A stretch of DNA of 64,000 bases. It comes from Flavobacteriales bacterium (lineage in GTDB: Bacteria > Bacteroidota > Bacteroidia > Palsa-965). Within the stretch, counting starts at the first letter, position 1, and the number at the start of each line of letters is the position of its first letter. Shown here one piece after another: positions 10,644 through 21,054 of the stretch. A model generated the notes under the pieces. That model worked only from the letters and a program-made list of their open reading frames with translations, made no database searches and was not told where the DNA came from. Where the stretch lies: positions 100,339 to 164,338 of the forward strand of contig JBEIPA010000012.1 of assembly GCA_040377305.1 (NCBI GenBank). The letters run 5' to 3'. A program made the translations under genes and the position numbers.

Positions 10644-10815
10644 AGATCAAAAATAACGTATTAGTCCTGATTTTCGTGTATCGCGGCTGTTAATGAAAGT
10701 TGTTGTTGCTCTAAAGCCAGTAAAATCTACCACGAAGTTCACAAAGACACAAAGAAACAACTAACTAAACTTCGTGCCTTTGTGTCCTTAGTGGTGAAAA
10801 TAAGAGCATAGTAGT

Positions 10816-12771
10816 TTAGCCAAGATATTTCTTCCACCAGCTTTGAAAGACGATCAAGCCCCAAATTCTCGCCGCGGAATCTCCCGGATCATTCGAGTGC
10901 AACTGTTTGCGGATATTCTTCACCTCAGCCGGATTGAACAGGTTTTGCTCTTTCAGGAATTTCTCATCGAGCAATTCGTCAATCATTCCGCGTAAATCGC
11001 CGCGAAACCACTTGAGGAGCGGAACTTCGAAGCCTTGTTTCTTGCGGGAGAAAATTTCCGGTGGCAACAAGTCACGACAAGCATCTTTGAGAATGCGCTT
11101 GCGTTCGTGCCGGTTGATTTTGTATTCCGAAGGAAGCGACATCACATATTCAACCAAATTATGATCAAGGAACGGAGAACGAACCTCGAGGCTGTTAAGC
11201 ATGGACATTCGATCGACTTTGACGAGCATGTCGCCTTCGAGGACGAGTTGGAAGTCGGCGCGGAGAACGTCATTGAAGTCTGAACTGTCATTCATTTCTG
11301 AACTCAGAAGAGCGGTTGTCATTTCACCATCGGAATTCAATAGTAATCTGGCGACCTCATTAACCTTCGTGATACCTGCCCATCGCCAATAGCGTTCTTC
11401 GGCTTTCAAAGAGAATCCATTGGCAAACTTGCGCAGCTGTCGTATAGTATTTCCGGTTTTACTGTTTCTTGAAGCCGGCATCACGTTCCATAGAAATTTG
11501 CCTGCACGTATAAGAGTTTCGCGACCACCCGGATTTCTTGCAAGATATTCAGCCGCATGCTTATTGTAGCCCGCGAAAAGTTCATCTGCACCGTCACCTG
11601 AAAGTGCGACTGTTACATGCTTTCTGGTTTCGCGTGCCAGGATATTTACAGCAAGAGCTGATGAATCTGCAAATGGCTCATCCAGATTTTTCAGGTAGGA
11701 ATGCAGGGAATCGAGCAAATCATTGTTCGTCAAAGAGAATACATGATGCTTCGATCTAATATGTTTCGCAACAAGTTCAGCATAATGGGTTTCATCGAAA
11801 TATTTTTCATCCGCATATCCGATGGAAAATGTTTCGAGATTATCTTTCTGCTTTGCTGCGAAAGCCGATACAATGGATGAGTCAACTCCACCGCTTAGAA
11901 AGGAGCCGATAGGTACATCGGAAATAAGCCGACGCTCAACTGCCGTCTCTATTTTGGCGCGGACCGCAGTTCGTGCAGCTTCATATTCTTTCGGTGTTGA
12001 ACGCGTCTTGCAGCGATCCGGAATGTAATACCACGAAGGCTTTTGAAATTGTGTTGTGGAATCTGCAGGATGATAGGTCATCTGCCAACCCGGGGAAAAA
12101 ATTCTGATCGAATTGTTGAGTGTTGCAGGCCCGGGTAAATAGTTCAGATGCAAATAGGACTGCAATTCCTCTGCATTGAAGTGCACAGGAAATCCCATCG
12201 CATATAACGCTTTTGGTTCGGAGGCGAATGCGATAACATCCGGAAGTTGATTGAAAGACCCATCTAACCTTTGGAGACGGTAATCTTCCTGTCTTTGAAA
12301 CTTTCCCAATCCTGCGGCAGCGGTGTATAATGGTTTTTCGCCAAATCGGTCACGTGCAATGAACAACGAACCGTCTATATTATCATACACCGCAAACGCA
12401 AAAAAACCATTCAGTTTATTCAAACACGCTTTACCTTCCTTCGCATACAACGTCAACAACACCTCCGTATCACTCTCACTCCGGAACACAAATCCTTCTT
12501 TCTCCAACTCAGCGCGCAATTCTTTGTAATTGAAAATTTCTCCGTTGAACACAATCGTGTATCGCCCATCACTGGATGTGAACGGTTGTGCAGCTGCATC
12601 AGAAGTGTCAATGATTGCGAGTCGTGTGTGACCGAGTGCTACGTTGCCGTGACGGAATACACCACTTCCATCCGGGCCGCGGTGGTGCAAAGATTTCACC
12701 GCATCATCGATCTTATCGAGATACTTTCGACCCTCTTCTGTAAAAGCAAGTATGCCTGTTATTCCACACAT
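10816..12771 (-). CDS. asnB: Asparagine synthase (glutamine-hydrolysing)
   Basis: The internal ATG gives an N-terminal MCGITG, where Cys2 is the glutamine amidotransferase nucleophile. The PP-loop SFLSGGVDSS is present and the length is ~650 aa. Confidence 0.85.
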   Translation of the reverse strand: MCGITGILAFTEEGRKYLDKIDDAVKSLHHRGPDGSGVFRHGNVALGHTRLAIIDTSDAAAQPFTSSDGRYTIVFNGEIFNYKELRAELEKEGFVFRSESDTEVLLTLYAKEGKACLNKLNGFFAFAVYDNIDGSLFIARDRFGEKPLYTAAAGLGKFQRQEDYRLQRLDGSFNQLPDVIAFASEPKALYAMGFPVHFNAEELQSYLHLNYLPGPATLNNSIRIFSPGWQMTYHPADSTTQFQKPSWYYIPDRCKTRSTPKEYEAARTAVRAKIETAVERRLISDVPIGSFLSGGVDSSIVSAFAAKQKDNLETFSIGYADEKYFDETHYAELVAKHIRSKHHVFSLTNNDLLDSLHSYLKNLDEPFADSSALAVNILARETRKHVTVALSGDGADELFAGYNKHAAEYLARNPGGRETLIRAGKFLWNVMPASRNSKTGNTIRQLRKFANGFSLKAEERYWRWAGITKVNEVARLLLNSDGEMTTALLSSEMNDSSDFNDVLRADFQLVLEGDMLVKVDRMSMLNSLEVRSPFLDHNLVEYVMSLPSEYKINRHERKRILKDACRDLLPPEIFSRKKQGFEVPLLKWFRGDLRGMIDELLDEKFLKEQNLFNPAEVKNIRKQLHSNDPGDSAARIWGLIVFQSWWKKYLG

Positions 12772-12936
12772 ATATTTAAACACATAGGATCATAGAAACA
12801 TAGCTTGTTAGAAGGAGTTCCGGTGAGCCGGAACTATACATAGTACACATGAATATTTTCTCTTGTGAACTATGTACCGGACAGAAAACAAAGTACGTTG
12901 GTCCGACTTTTTAATTTTTCTATGATACTATGTGGT

Positions 12937-13311
12937 TCATTTTATAGCGATCATGGAAATTTCTACCAGAACATCCAACGGCAATCTCGAAACTTCAACC
13001 GTTTCTCTCGCAGGCGGATCACTTTTGAAACGTGCTCCGTAAATTCCGTTCACCGTTTGAAAATCGTTGAAGTCTTTCAGGAAGATGGTTGTCTTCACCA
13101 CATTCGTGAAATCCATTCCGGCCTCGTTGAGAATTCCTTGCAGGTTGTTCATCACATTCTCGGCCTGGCCTTCAATCGTTGTTGGAATATCTCCGGATTG
13201 AGGATGCTTTCCAACTTGTCCGGAAATGAAGAGCATGTTGCCGTGCATCACCGCGTGACTGTATGGGCCGATGGGAGCGGGGGCGTTTTTAGAGGTAATT
13301 ATTTTTTTCAT
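12937..13311 (-). CDS. ridA: RidA family protein (YjgF/TdcF endoribonuclease L-PSP family).
   Basis: MKKIITSKNAPAPIGPYSHAV...ARETVEVSRLPLDVLVEISMIA, ~125 aa, with the typical RidA conservation. Confidence 0.8.
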   Translation of the reverse strand: MKKIITSKNAPAPIGPYSHAVMHGNMLFISGQVGKHPQSGDIPTTIEGQAENVMNNLQGILNEAGMDFTNVVKTTIFLKDFNDFQTVNGIYGARFKSDPPARETVEVSRLPLDVLVEISMIAIK

Positions 13312-13335
13312 AGTTGTGTGCTTGATGCAAATATA

Positions 13336-13493
13336 GAACATTCGACCCCTTCGGGGTCGGGGTGCCTCGCGTGTAATTTTTTCTATTCACATTAAACCCT
13401 TTCAGGGTTTCTTATCGAACGACGCTGAAGGCGTCGAATGTGAATAGAAAAAACGTGCGTGACACGACCCCGACCCCTAAGGGGTCGAATGTC
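13336..13493. repeat. Nested imperfect palindrome of ~158 bp (MITE-like, cruciform-capable element). It lies between the CPBP stop and the ridA start.
   Basis: The outer arms are gaacattcgaccccttcggggtcggggtg and cacgaccccgacccctaaggggtcgaatgtc. The inner perfect 17-bp arms are ttttttctattcacatt and aatgtgaatagaaaaaa. Two central local hairpins, aaaccctttcagggttt and cgacgctgaaggcgtcg, sit between them. The right arm overlaps the CPBP stop codon. Confidence 0.6.
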
Positions 13494-14283
13494 ATTTCCG
13501 CCACAACGCCATCAAATCCATCGTAATCGCAACCGAGTAATGAATCATGATTCCTAAAATCACCGAGCGACTCTTCAGACTTAAGGTGCCCAAAACAATT
13601 CCGGCAATGATTGCTCCTATTGTTTCCGGCATTGGTTTTCCGAAGTGAATCATGCAGTACGGAATCATCATCACGAAAATGCTCATGTACCCAAATGATT
13701 TTCGTGTGCCGAGTGTGATGAATCCACGGAAGAAAAATTCGAGTGATGCGAATTGTACGAAGTACATAATTTCCCAAATGATGAAGTTGGGCCACATCGA
13801 TTCCCCGGGAACCATCTTGTAGAATGGATAACGCGACTGAAAGCTGGTTGTGCCGGAACAGAAATACACGAGCGGAATCATGACACCGAGCATGATGGCA
13901 TACAACTGCCAACCTTGCATGGAATTTTTGAATGTTAATCCCATATCACTCAACTTCTGTTTGAAGAAGAAGCGTGTGATGATTGCCGGCACCACGAAAT
14001 ACACGAAGATGATCATGCCCGACCACCAGCACAGTGTATGGAGTCGTGCATCGGGACCGTTATTCATGAAGTTGCCGAAAACGTTGGCAGCGTGCGTAAG
14101 ATTCCAGCTCTTGAGAACTCCAAGTACGAAGGTGGTGCTTCCCCAATACTCGGTGATCGATAATCCAAGTGCGGTCCACAAGAGAATGACCAACGTGCGC
14201 GTATGATCTTTCTTTGTAGGAGGATCAGCGAGCCACAATTCGTTTTCTTGTGTCCAGACTTTTTTGAGAATTGCTATCGGCAT
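13492..14283 (-). CDS. CPBP family intramembrane glutamic endopeptidase (CAAX protease/Abi-like).
   Basis: A polytopic membrane protein carrying the EExxxR-type motif (SLEFFFRG), the FxxxH motif (MIHFGKP) and HYSVA. Confidence 0.7.
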   Translation of the reverse strand: MPIAILKKVWTQENELWLADPPTKKDHTRTLVILLWTALGLSITEYWGSTTFVLGVLKSWNLTHAANVFGNFMNNGPDARLHTLCWWSGMIIFVYFVVPAIITRFFFKQKLSDMGLTFKNSMQGWQLYAIMLGVMIPLVYFCSGTTSFQSRYPFYKMVPGESMWPNFIIWEIMYFVQFASLEFFFRGFITLGTRKSFGYMSIFVMMIPYCMIHFGKPMPETIGAIIAGIVLGTLSLKSRSVILGIMIHYSVAITMDLMALWRK

Positions 14284-14444
14284 GAGTGGTAATTTAAAAA
14301 ACTCCCGACAAGATCCGTGTTCCTCTGTATTATCAGTTTTTTTCTGTGTTCCATTTTCAGTTGACTTGTAATGATAATGAAGCGAAACTCATTTTAACAC
14401 GGATCAAAACGGATTTAACGGATGAACACTGATTTGCCTTCTTG

Positions 14445-15458
14445 TTATATTGGAAAACGAGCCATGGGAGCAACGTGCATATCTGCAAACACGCCTTTCT
14501 CAAACTGAAAATGTCCGGCCATTGCAATCATGGCAGCATTGTCTGTGCAATAAGCGAATGGTGGAATGCAAACCTGTACGTTCATTTCTTGTCCGAGTGA
14601 AAGAGCCGCTTTTCTCAATCCTGAATTTGCAGAAACTCCACCGGCGAGCGCTATGCATTTTACTTTTTTATCAGCAACCACTTTCTTCAGTTTGCTGATC
14701 AGGTGGCGAATGATACTGGCCTGCACACTCGCACAAATGTTGTTCATGTTTTCTTCCACGAATTTCGGATTCACCGCTGTTTGATCGCGAACGAAATACA
14801 ATACAGATGTTTTTAATCCGCTGAAGCTGTACCCGTAATTCGGAATCTGTGCTTCGGGGAACTTAAACGATGTTGCGTCACCCATCTGTGCATTGCGATC
14901 AACTAACGGTCCTCCCGGATAAGGCAATCCTAGAATCTTCGCTGTCTTATCGAATGCTTCTCCTGCGGCATCATCTTGTGTTTCTCCCAATACTTCGTAT
15001 GTAAAAGGATCACTCACCAACACGAGTTGTGTATGTCCTCCCGAAACGGTTAAACACACAAATGGAAATTCTGGTTTCGCTCTTGGTGTTTCATCCTCAA
15101 TGAAGTGCGCAAGAATATGCGCTTGCATGTGATTAACTGCTATGAGCGGTTTATCCAACGCGTGTGCAAATCCTTTCGCGAATGATGAGCCCACGAGAAG
15201 TGAACCCATGAGTCCGGGACCTTGTGTGAATGCAATTCCATCAATGTCGTTAACACTTTTTCCGGATTTTTTTAACGCTTCATTTACCACGGGAATGATG
15301 TTCTCCTGGTGCGCACGCGAAGCTAATTCGGGAATTACCCCACCCCATTGCTTATGAATTTCCTGTCCGGCCACAATATTGGCAAGCAGTTTGCCGCTAT
15401 CAATTACGGCTGCAGCGGTATCGTCGCACGAAGACTCAATGCCCAGAATAACAGCCAT
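14445..15458 (-). CDS. tsaD: tRNA N6-adenosine threonylcarbamoyltransferase TsaD
   Basis: MAVILGIESSCDDTAAAV... The Kae1/TsaD N-terminus and metal-binding His pair HMQAH are present. Length 337 aa. Confidence 0.9.
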   Translation of the reverse strand: MAVILGIESSCDDTAAAVIDSGKLLANIVAGQEIHKQWGGVIPELASRAHQENIIPVVNEALKKSGKSVNDIDGIAFTQGPGLMGSLLVGSSFAKGFAHALDKPLIAVNHMQAHILAHFIEDETPRAKPEFPFVCLTVSGGHTQLVLVSDPFTYEVLGETQDDAAGEAFDKTAKILGLPYPGGPLVDRNAQMGDATSFKFPEAQIPNYGYSFSGLKTSVLYFVRDQTAVNPKFVEENMNNICASVQASIIRHLISKLKKVVADKKVKCIALAGGVSANSGLRKAALSLGQEMNVQVCIPPFAYCTDNAAMIAMAGHFQFEKGVFADMHVAPMARFPI

Positions 15459-15479
15459 TTATTGCGTATTTTTGTAGTA

Positions 15480-18400
15480 ATGTCGGCAATTAAGGAGAAG
15501 GTTCGCAAAATTACCAAAAAGCTGCTCAAGTTTCTGGGTTGGACGACGGGTATTCTTGTGGTTTTGTTGGTGATTGCGTATTTCGCCTTTCGGAGTCCGA
15601 AGGTGCAAACCTGGGTTGCTCAAAAGCTGAGTAATTACCTTGCCGATGAGCTTAAGACGAAGATCACAGTTGGTGGGGTCGATATTAAGTTTTTTACCTC
15701 CATTGAATTAGAAGAACTCTACGTTGAAGATCAACACGGTGATACGTTGCTGCTGGCTCCGTCATTCACTGTTGATCTCAGTCTTTTCAATTTCAGTGAT
15801 CAGCATGTAAGCATCGATGCTATTACACTTACTGATGCGAACATTGCGCTCAAGAAATACGAAGGTGATACCGGTTTGAATTACCGATTCATTATGATGT
15901 ATTTTAAGAATACTGACACGACCAAGGTGGTTGATGAAGAAGCGGAATGGGAAGTGGCACTCGGAAAGATCGCTCTCGAGAATTGTACGTTCTCCTACAT
16001 CGATACCCGTTTTAGTGATGTTGATCGTGGAATGGATTTTGAAAATATTCTGGTGACAGAAATTTATACTACGTTGGAGCGCATTGAGCCAATGGGAGAT
16101 TCTACATCGGTTTATTTATCGGAATTACGAGCGAAGGAACAATGTGGTTTGAACATTGAGCACCTCGAATCGCGGGTAATGATTGCGGATACGTTTATCA
16201 AAATGAACGACCTTATAATTCAGACCCCCGGATCGGATATTAAAGGGTGGATGGGTTTTCATTTCGAATCGTTTGATGATATCGAAGACGATTTCATTCA
16301 CAAAGTGAAAATGGACGGCCATTTTTCAGAGTCTGTTGTGGAGATGGGCGATGTTGCATACTTCTCACCCGTGATGCTTGGGATACAGAAGAAAGTTTTG
16401 CTCACCGCGGATATTTCCGGGACAGTAGAGAAACTGAAGACGAAGAATGTCGATCTGCGTTTCGGTAAAAGTTCACGTCTTGCCGGAAATTTCTCGTTTG
16501 ATGGATTGCCGGATATTGAAAGCACCGATATGCACTTCAAATTCAAGGACGCTACAACGAATTTCGAAGACTTAAGTGGAATTCCTGTTGCGCCGTTTAA
16601 TGATACTTCCTTCCTCGACGTTCCTGATCGCATCGCATTGCTTGGAAATATGTCGTTCACGGGCACTGTCGAAGGATTCATGCACGATTTTGTTGCACAT
16701 GGAAAGCTGAAGACGGGCCAAGGGAATCTTGTACTCCAGAATCTTGTGATGAGTCAGGACAGCACTGCTGATGATTACACGTGGGAAGGAATTCTTTCTG
16801 CGGAGGAATTCAACATCGGTACTTATCTCGGAGTACCAGACATGGGCCGCATCACCGGAACTGCGAACATCATTGGATATGGAACCGATGTTCCTTCCAT
16901 TGTTGCATCGATGAATGCCAACTTCTCGGCGTTTGAGTATTACGGTTATCGCTACTCGAACATCGTGGTGACGGAAGGACAGTTGGCGAAGGAAGTCTTC
17001 GAAGGCGTGGTCGATATGGACGATCCGAATGTTGGATTGCATTACGATGGGTATGTCGACTTCAAAAATCAGAACGATCCAATTCTGGAATTCTATGCCA
17101 AGATTGATTCAGCGAATGTGGGTGCTCTCGGTTTTGCGGATACATCTCTGGGTTTGATTGTGTCCTCCGAAATGTACTTCGATATGCATGGTAGTAACAT
17201 CGACAACCTCGATGGAACAATTACGCTGAACAACATTGACTTCACCAAACTTGGAAAGAATTATCACTTGACAACCATGGTGTTGTCGTCGACTTTCACT
17301 GGTCAATCATCGCGCGTTCTTGCATTCTCTTCCGACTTCGTAAATGCGAGAATGGAAGGACAGTTTGAAGTGATGGAAGTGGGGCACGCATTTACCGATG
17401 TGATGTCAGCATATCTGCCGGCCTATTTCCCTCCACATGCTGTTGATCCGAAGAAGAAAGAAACGCTCCAGAAATTTACATTAACGGCGAACTTTCTCCG
17501 GAACACAGATGCAATTAAGGCATTCGTCCCTGAACTCATGATTGCTCCCGGCACCTTCCTGCAAATGGGACTTGATCAGTCGACGCGCTCATTAAACCTA
17601 AACGTTTTCAAGTGCGATAGTTTGTTCTATGGTGCTTATGAAATCTACAATTTTCAGCAGGCTCGTGTGGATGGAACGCACGGCGCAGCAGATTTGAAAA
17701 TTAATTTGGAAAGAGTGCAGGTAAACGATTCCACCGGATTCGATAATATTTCTCTTCACTCACAAGCCAGCAGTAATACACTTACTACTGATTTGTTCTG
17801 GCAGAATGAAACGGAGAAAGCAAATATGGGCAAGCTACGAACGGTTGCCACTTTCGAAACGCAGAAAAGTTTGAGTGTTAAGATTGAAGAAGGTACTTTC
17901 TCTTTCAACGATACAACGTGGAATGCTGATCCGAATGGAATAATCAGAAAAGATTCGTCGTCGTGGACGTTTAAGAATGTCAATTTTCAGAGTGGGGCGC
18001 AGTACATCATGGTGAATGGTCGCGTATCTGAAAATCCTAAGGATTTGCTTACCGTTCATTTCAACGATTTTGATCTTGATGGCCTGAACTTCTTTCTAAG
18101 TGCGAGTGGTGTCACGATTGGAGGAAACATATCTGGTGACGTTAACTTATCGAACTTATATCATGCGCCGAAATTTGATGGAGATGTAGAATTGAAGAAA
18201 ATAAAGCTGAATAACGAGAAACTTGGAAATGGTACAGCAAAAGCAATTTATCATCCCGAAGTTCAGGGAATAGAAATTGACTTGATATTATCGAATGGCG
18301 CTCAGGATTTAGAAACCGGCGGAGTGATTAATAACATTGCGATGACCGGTTACTATTATCCGCAGAGAAAGGAAGAGAGTCTGGATCTGGTGGTAAAACT

Positions 18401-20096
18401 TCGGCAAATGCCGTTAGGTTTGATCAAGCCTGTCCTTGCTGATTATTGTTCTATGGTAGTTGGGCACGTAGGTGGTAAAGTCGATATCAAAGGAAGTTTT
18501 GAAAAACCCCGGTTGAACGGTGATTTAGCTTTATCGATTGGGAAGGTAAAAGTTGATTACCTGGGAATTGAGTTGACGCATAAGCCTGCGCAGACACTTT
18601 TGGTTCGGGAGAACAGGTTTGAGTTTGACAATTTCAAAGTTTCAGACAACCAACGCGATACTGCAATTATCAACGGTCAGCTGTTTCACGACAACTTCAC
18701 CAATTTCCAGTTTGATATGTTCTTTGAGTTCAATCACTTCATGGTGCTGAATACAACCGAGAAGGACAATGAAGATTACTTCGGACGTGTTTTTGCTACG
18801 GGTTACATGGATTTGTTCGGTTACGCTGATAAGAAGATCACAATGAATATCACCGCGCAAACAGGAGGTCTCTTGTTACAGAACGGCAATTTCATTTCTT
18901 CCGATTTCAATATTCCGATGAGCACAACAAGTGAGGCCGGAGACAATGAATTCATTGAGTTTATAGACGAGGATGAGGTGATTGATTCAACAAACATCCC
19001 TGCGAAGAAAGTGTTCAAAGACAACGGAATTGAGTTGAACATGAATCTCTCCGTCGACAACAACACTTTAGTGCGTGTGATCTTTGATGAAACGGTAGGG
19101 GATGAACTTTCTGCAAGAGGAAAAGGTGAGTTCACCATGCAGATCAAACCGACTGGTGAGTTTACGATGAAGGGTGCATATGAAATTGAACGTGGAGATT
19201 ACATGTTCACACTCAAGAACATTGTGTATGCACCGTTTGAACTTGTCAATGGAGGAATCATTACCTGGAACGGGGATCCGGCTGACGCGCGTATTGACGC
19301 CGATGCTATTTACTATGCCAATGCTTCTGTGGAACCTTTCTTCCCATACGACACAACAACGGCAGCATATCAACAGAACTATCCGGTGAACGTAATCATG
19401 CACCTGGATGGTCAGCTCACAAATCCGGGCTTGTCCTTCGATATTGAATTGCCGACAGCCGATCCGAACATTCAGGAAACGGTTCGCAGCTACACACAAT
19501 CGGAATTGGAAATGAACCGACAAGTTCTTTCACTAATGGTATTGAACAGTTTCATGACTCCTGCCGAGTTCCGCGATGGAAGTGATGGCAATAGTGCGGG
19601 AGGAGCTGCCGGTACAACGCTACTCAGTAATTTCGTTTCTGGAACATTGAACAACTGGTTATCACAAATCAGTGAAAACACAAACGTGAAGTTCAAGTAC
19701 CGACCGAACGATGATATGAGTTTGCAGGAATTGAGACTTGCACTGGGGACTCAGCTCCTGAACAACAGGCTAACTTTCGACGTGGCAGGCTCTCTGCAGA
19801 ACGCGAACCAAACTCAGGTGCAGGGTGGATATAACCAGTACGTCGACGTAAACGTAGAGTATAAGGTAACAAAAGACGGACAAGTACGCCTGCGCGCATT
19901 CAACCGAGGAAATGAACAGTCTGCAATTACGCAAGGAGCCAACCATACGCAAGGTGCGGGCGTCTTCTATAGGGAAGATTTTGAAACATTTAAAGAGCTA
20001 ATGGATCGTTACCGGGCGAACTGGAACAAGCCTGCGAATAATGAAGAGAAGAAGAAGCAGGAAGAGCAACAGGTTCCTGATCCTAACGCCAATTAG
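15480..20096 (+). CDS. tamB: Translocation/assembly module TamB domain-containing protein (AsmA-like).
   Basis: About 1538 aa counted from the internal ATG. The N-terminal TM anchor is LLKFLGWTTGILVVLLVIAYFAF. It has a long beta-rich body and a TamB-like C-terminal region. It is divergent from tsaD, which is a common Bacteroidota arrangement. The ORF-track start at 15348 would overlap tsaD. Confidence 0.7.
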   Translation: MSAIKEKVRKITKKLLKFLGWTTGILVVLLVIAYFAFRSPKVQTWVAQKLSNYLADELKTKITVGGVDIKFFTSIELEELYVEDQHGDTLLLAPSFTVDLSLFNFSDQHVSIDAITLTDANIALKKYEGDTGLNYRFIMMYFKNTDTTKVVDEEAEWEVALGKIALENCTFSYIDTRFSDVDRGMDFENILVTEIYTTLERIEPMGDSTSVYLSELRAKEQCGLNIEHLESRVMIADTFIKMNDLIIQTPGSDIKGWMGFHFESFDDIEDDFIHKVKMDGHFSESVVEMGDVAYFSPVMLGIQKKVLLTADISGTVEKLKTKNVDLRFGKSSRLAGNFSFDGLPDIESTDMHFKFKDATTNFEDLSGIPVAPFNDTSFLDVPDRIALLGNMSFTGTVEGFMHDFVAHGKLKTGQGNLVLQNLVMSQDSTADDYTWEGILSAEEFNIGTYLGVPDMGRITGTANIIGYGTDVPSIVASMNANFSAFEYYGYRYSNIVVTEGQLAKEVFEGVVDMDDPNVGLHYDGYVDFKNQNDPILEFYAKIDSANVGALGFADTSLGLIVSSEMYFDMHGSNIDNLDGTITLNNIDFTKLGKNYHLTTMVLSSTFTGQSSRVLAFSSDFVNARMEGQFEVMEVGHAFTDVMSAYLPAYFPPHAVDPKKKETLQKFTLTANFLRNTDAIKAFVPELMIAPGTFLQMGLDQSTRSLNLNVFKCDSLFYGAYEIYNFQQARVDGTHGAADLKINLERVQVNDSTGFDNISLHSQASSNTLTTDLFWQNETEKANMGKLRTVATFETQKSLSVKIEEGTFSFNDTTWNADPNGIIRKDSSSWTFKNVNFQSGAQYIMVNGRVSENPKDLLTVHFNDFDLDGLNFFLSASGVTIGGNISGDVNLSNLYHAPKFDGDVELKKIKLNNEKLGNGTAKAIYHPEVQGIEIDLILSNGAQDLETGGVINNIAMTGYYYPQRKEESLDLVVKLRQMPLGLIKPVLADYCSMVVGHVGGKVDIKGSFEKPRLNGDLALSIGKVKVDYLGIELTHKPAQTLLVRENRFEFDNFKVSDNQRDTAIINGQLFHDNFTNFQFDMFFEFNHFMVLNTTEKDNEDYFGRVFATGYMDLFGYADKKITMNITAQTGGLLLQNGNFISSDFNIPMSTTSEAGDNEFIEFIDEDEVIDSTNIPAKKVFKDNGIELNMNLSVDNNTLVRVIFDETVGDELSARGKGEFTMQIKPTGEFTMKGAYEIERGDYMFTLKNIVYAPFELVNGGIITWNGDPADARIDADAIYYANASVEPFFPYDTTTAAYQQNYPVNVIMHLDGQLTNPGLSFDIELPTADPNIQETVRSYTQSELEMNRQVLSLMVLNSFMTPAEFRDGSDGNSAGGAAGTTLLSNFVSGTLNNWLSQISENTNVKFKYRPNDDMSLQELRLALGTQLLNNRLTFDVAGSLQNANQTQVQGGYNQYVDVNVEYKVTKDGQVRLRAFNRGNEQSAITQGANHTQGAGVFYREDFETFKELMDRYRANWNKPANNEEKKKQEEQQVPDPNAN

Positions 20097-20130
20097 TGGA
20101 ACTGACGCAATTTGTTTTTTTATAGTTCAG

Positions 20131-21048
20131 ATGAAAACAAAATCCAATTTCCTTTTCGTATCAGGTCTGCTTTGTTTAACGGTATTCTTTGCCTGCAACC
20201 GACATACAACTTCAACTGCTGATAGTTTTCAAGGACCTGTAGAAGGAGATACAGTTGCGTATTTTCCCACAATGAATTCAAAGTTGCGTGAAGATTCAGT
20301 GCTAAGAACGGATGCTTACTATTATCGCATCAATCGGGTGAAGCGCGAAGAGATTACTGATGAGGACTCGAAAGAAGTGAATGAGTATGATCGTTTCGGC
20401 AATATGCTCCGCCAGGTTCACTACCTCGATGGAGAAATGTTCTGGAAAAATGTTGACGTGTATAACCGCTTCGGAAATCACACATTGGGTGTGCACACGT
20501 TCTATGACAACGGACTACCGGATAACATTTACACAACAAAAAGTCAATTCGAACCGGATGCATCCGGATTAGGTCAGCGCATTGTACGAACCGATATGGC
20601 CTGTGATGATACCAATGGAGATTTGGATAAGGACTATGCATACACCTTCACGTACAAGGGAGATCTTGTTGACGTAGAAACCCGTTTCGTTGATGGGAAG
20701 TGTACGGAGAAGGTCTATCACACGTACAATGCTTCGAACAAATTACAACAAGACCTGATCATTGAGTTCACCACCGAAGGACCTGATACTACAATCTGTA
20801 CGTACACTTACGATGCGCAGGGAAGAGAAGTTAATTGGTCGGAAACATCACACGGAGTTTTACTGAACGATCATCGCACAGAATATAATAGCGATGGACG
20901 CACTGCAAAATACTCAAGCCTGAACTACGAGCCGTACCTCACAATTACGTTTGAGTATTTCTATCTGAAAAACGGATTGGTAAGCCACGTTGTTACAACG
21001 TACAACGGGAAAGCTACAACAGCGAAGTATAGGTACTCTTATTACTAG
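20131..21048 (+). CDS. Hypothetical lipoprotein with degenerate YD-like repeats.
   Basis: At the internal ATG the signal is MKTKSNFLFVSGLLCLTVFFAC. Y-x-Y-D/N-x-x-G-R/K-like units recur, for example YTYDAQGREV, YEYDRFGN and YNSDGRTAKY. The ORF-track start at 20041 overlaps the tamB end. Confidence 0.45.
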   Translation: MKTKSNFLFVSGLLCLTVFFACNRHTTSTADSFQGPVEGDTVAYFPTMNSKLREDSVLRTDAYYYRINRVKREEITDEDSKEVNEYDRFGNMLRQVHYLDGEMFWKNVDVYNRFGNHTLGVHTFYDNGLPDNIYTTKSQFEPDASGLGQRIVRTDMACDDTNGDLDKDYAYTFTYKGDLVDVETRFVDGKCTEKVYHTYNASNKLQQDLIIEFTTEGPDTTICTYTYDAQGREVNWSETSHGVLLNDHRTEYNSDGRTAKYSSLNYEPYLTITFEYFYLKNGLVSHVVTTYNGKATTAKYRYSYY

Positions 21049-21054
21049 AGCGCA

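Noticed and set aside
12865-13395. 176-aa plus-strand ORF overlapping ridA.
   Set aside because: It is antisense to a well-conserved RidA gene and runs through the palindromic element.
15348-15479. N-terminal 44-codon extension of tamB in the ORF track, overlapping the tsaD start.
   Set aside because: The in-frame ATG at 15480 gives a basic N-terminus followed by a TM helix and avoids the overlap. The ORF-track M is probably an alternative-codon artefact.
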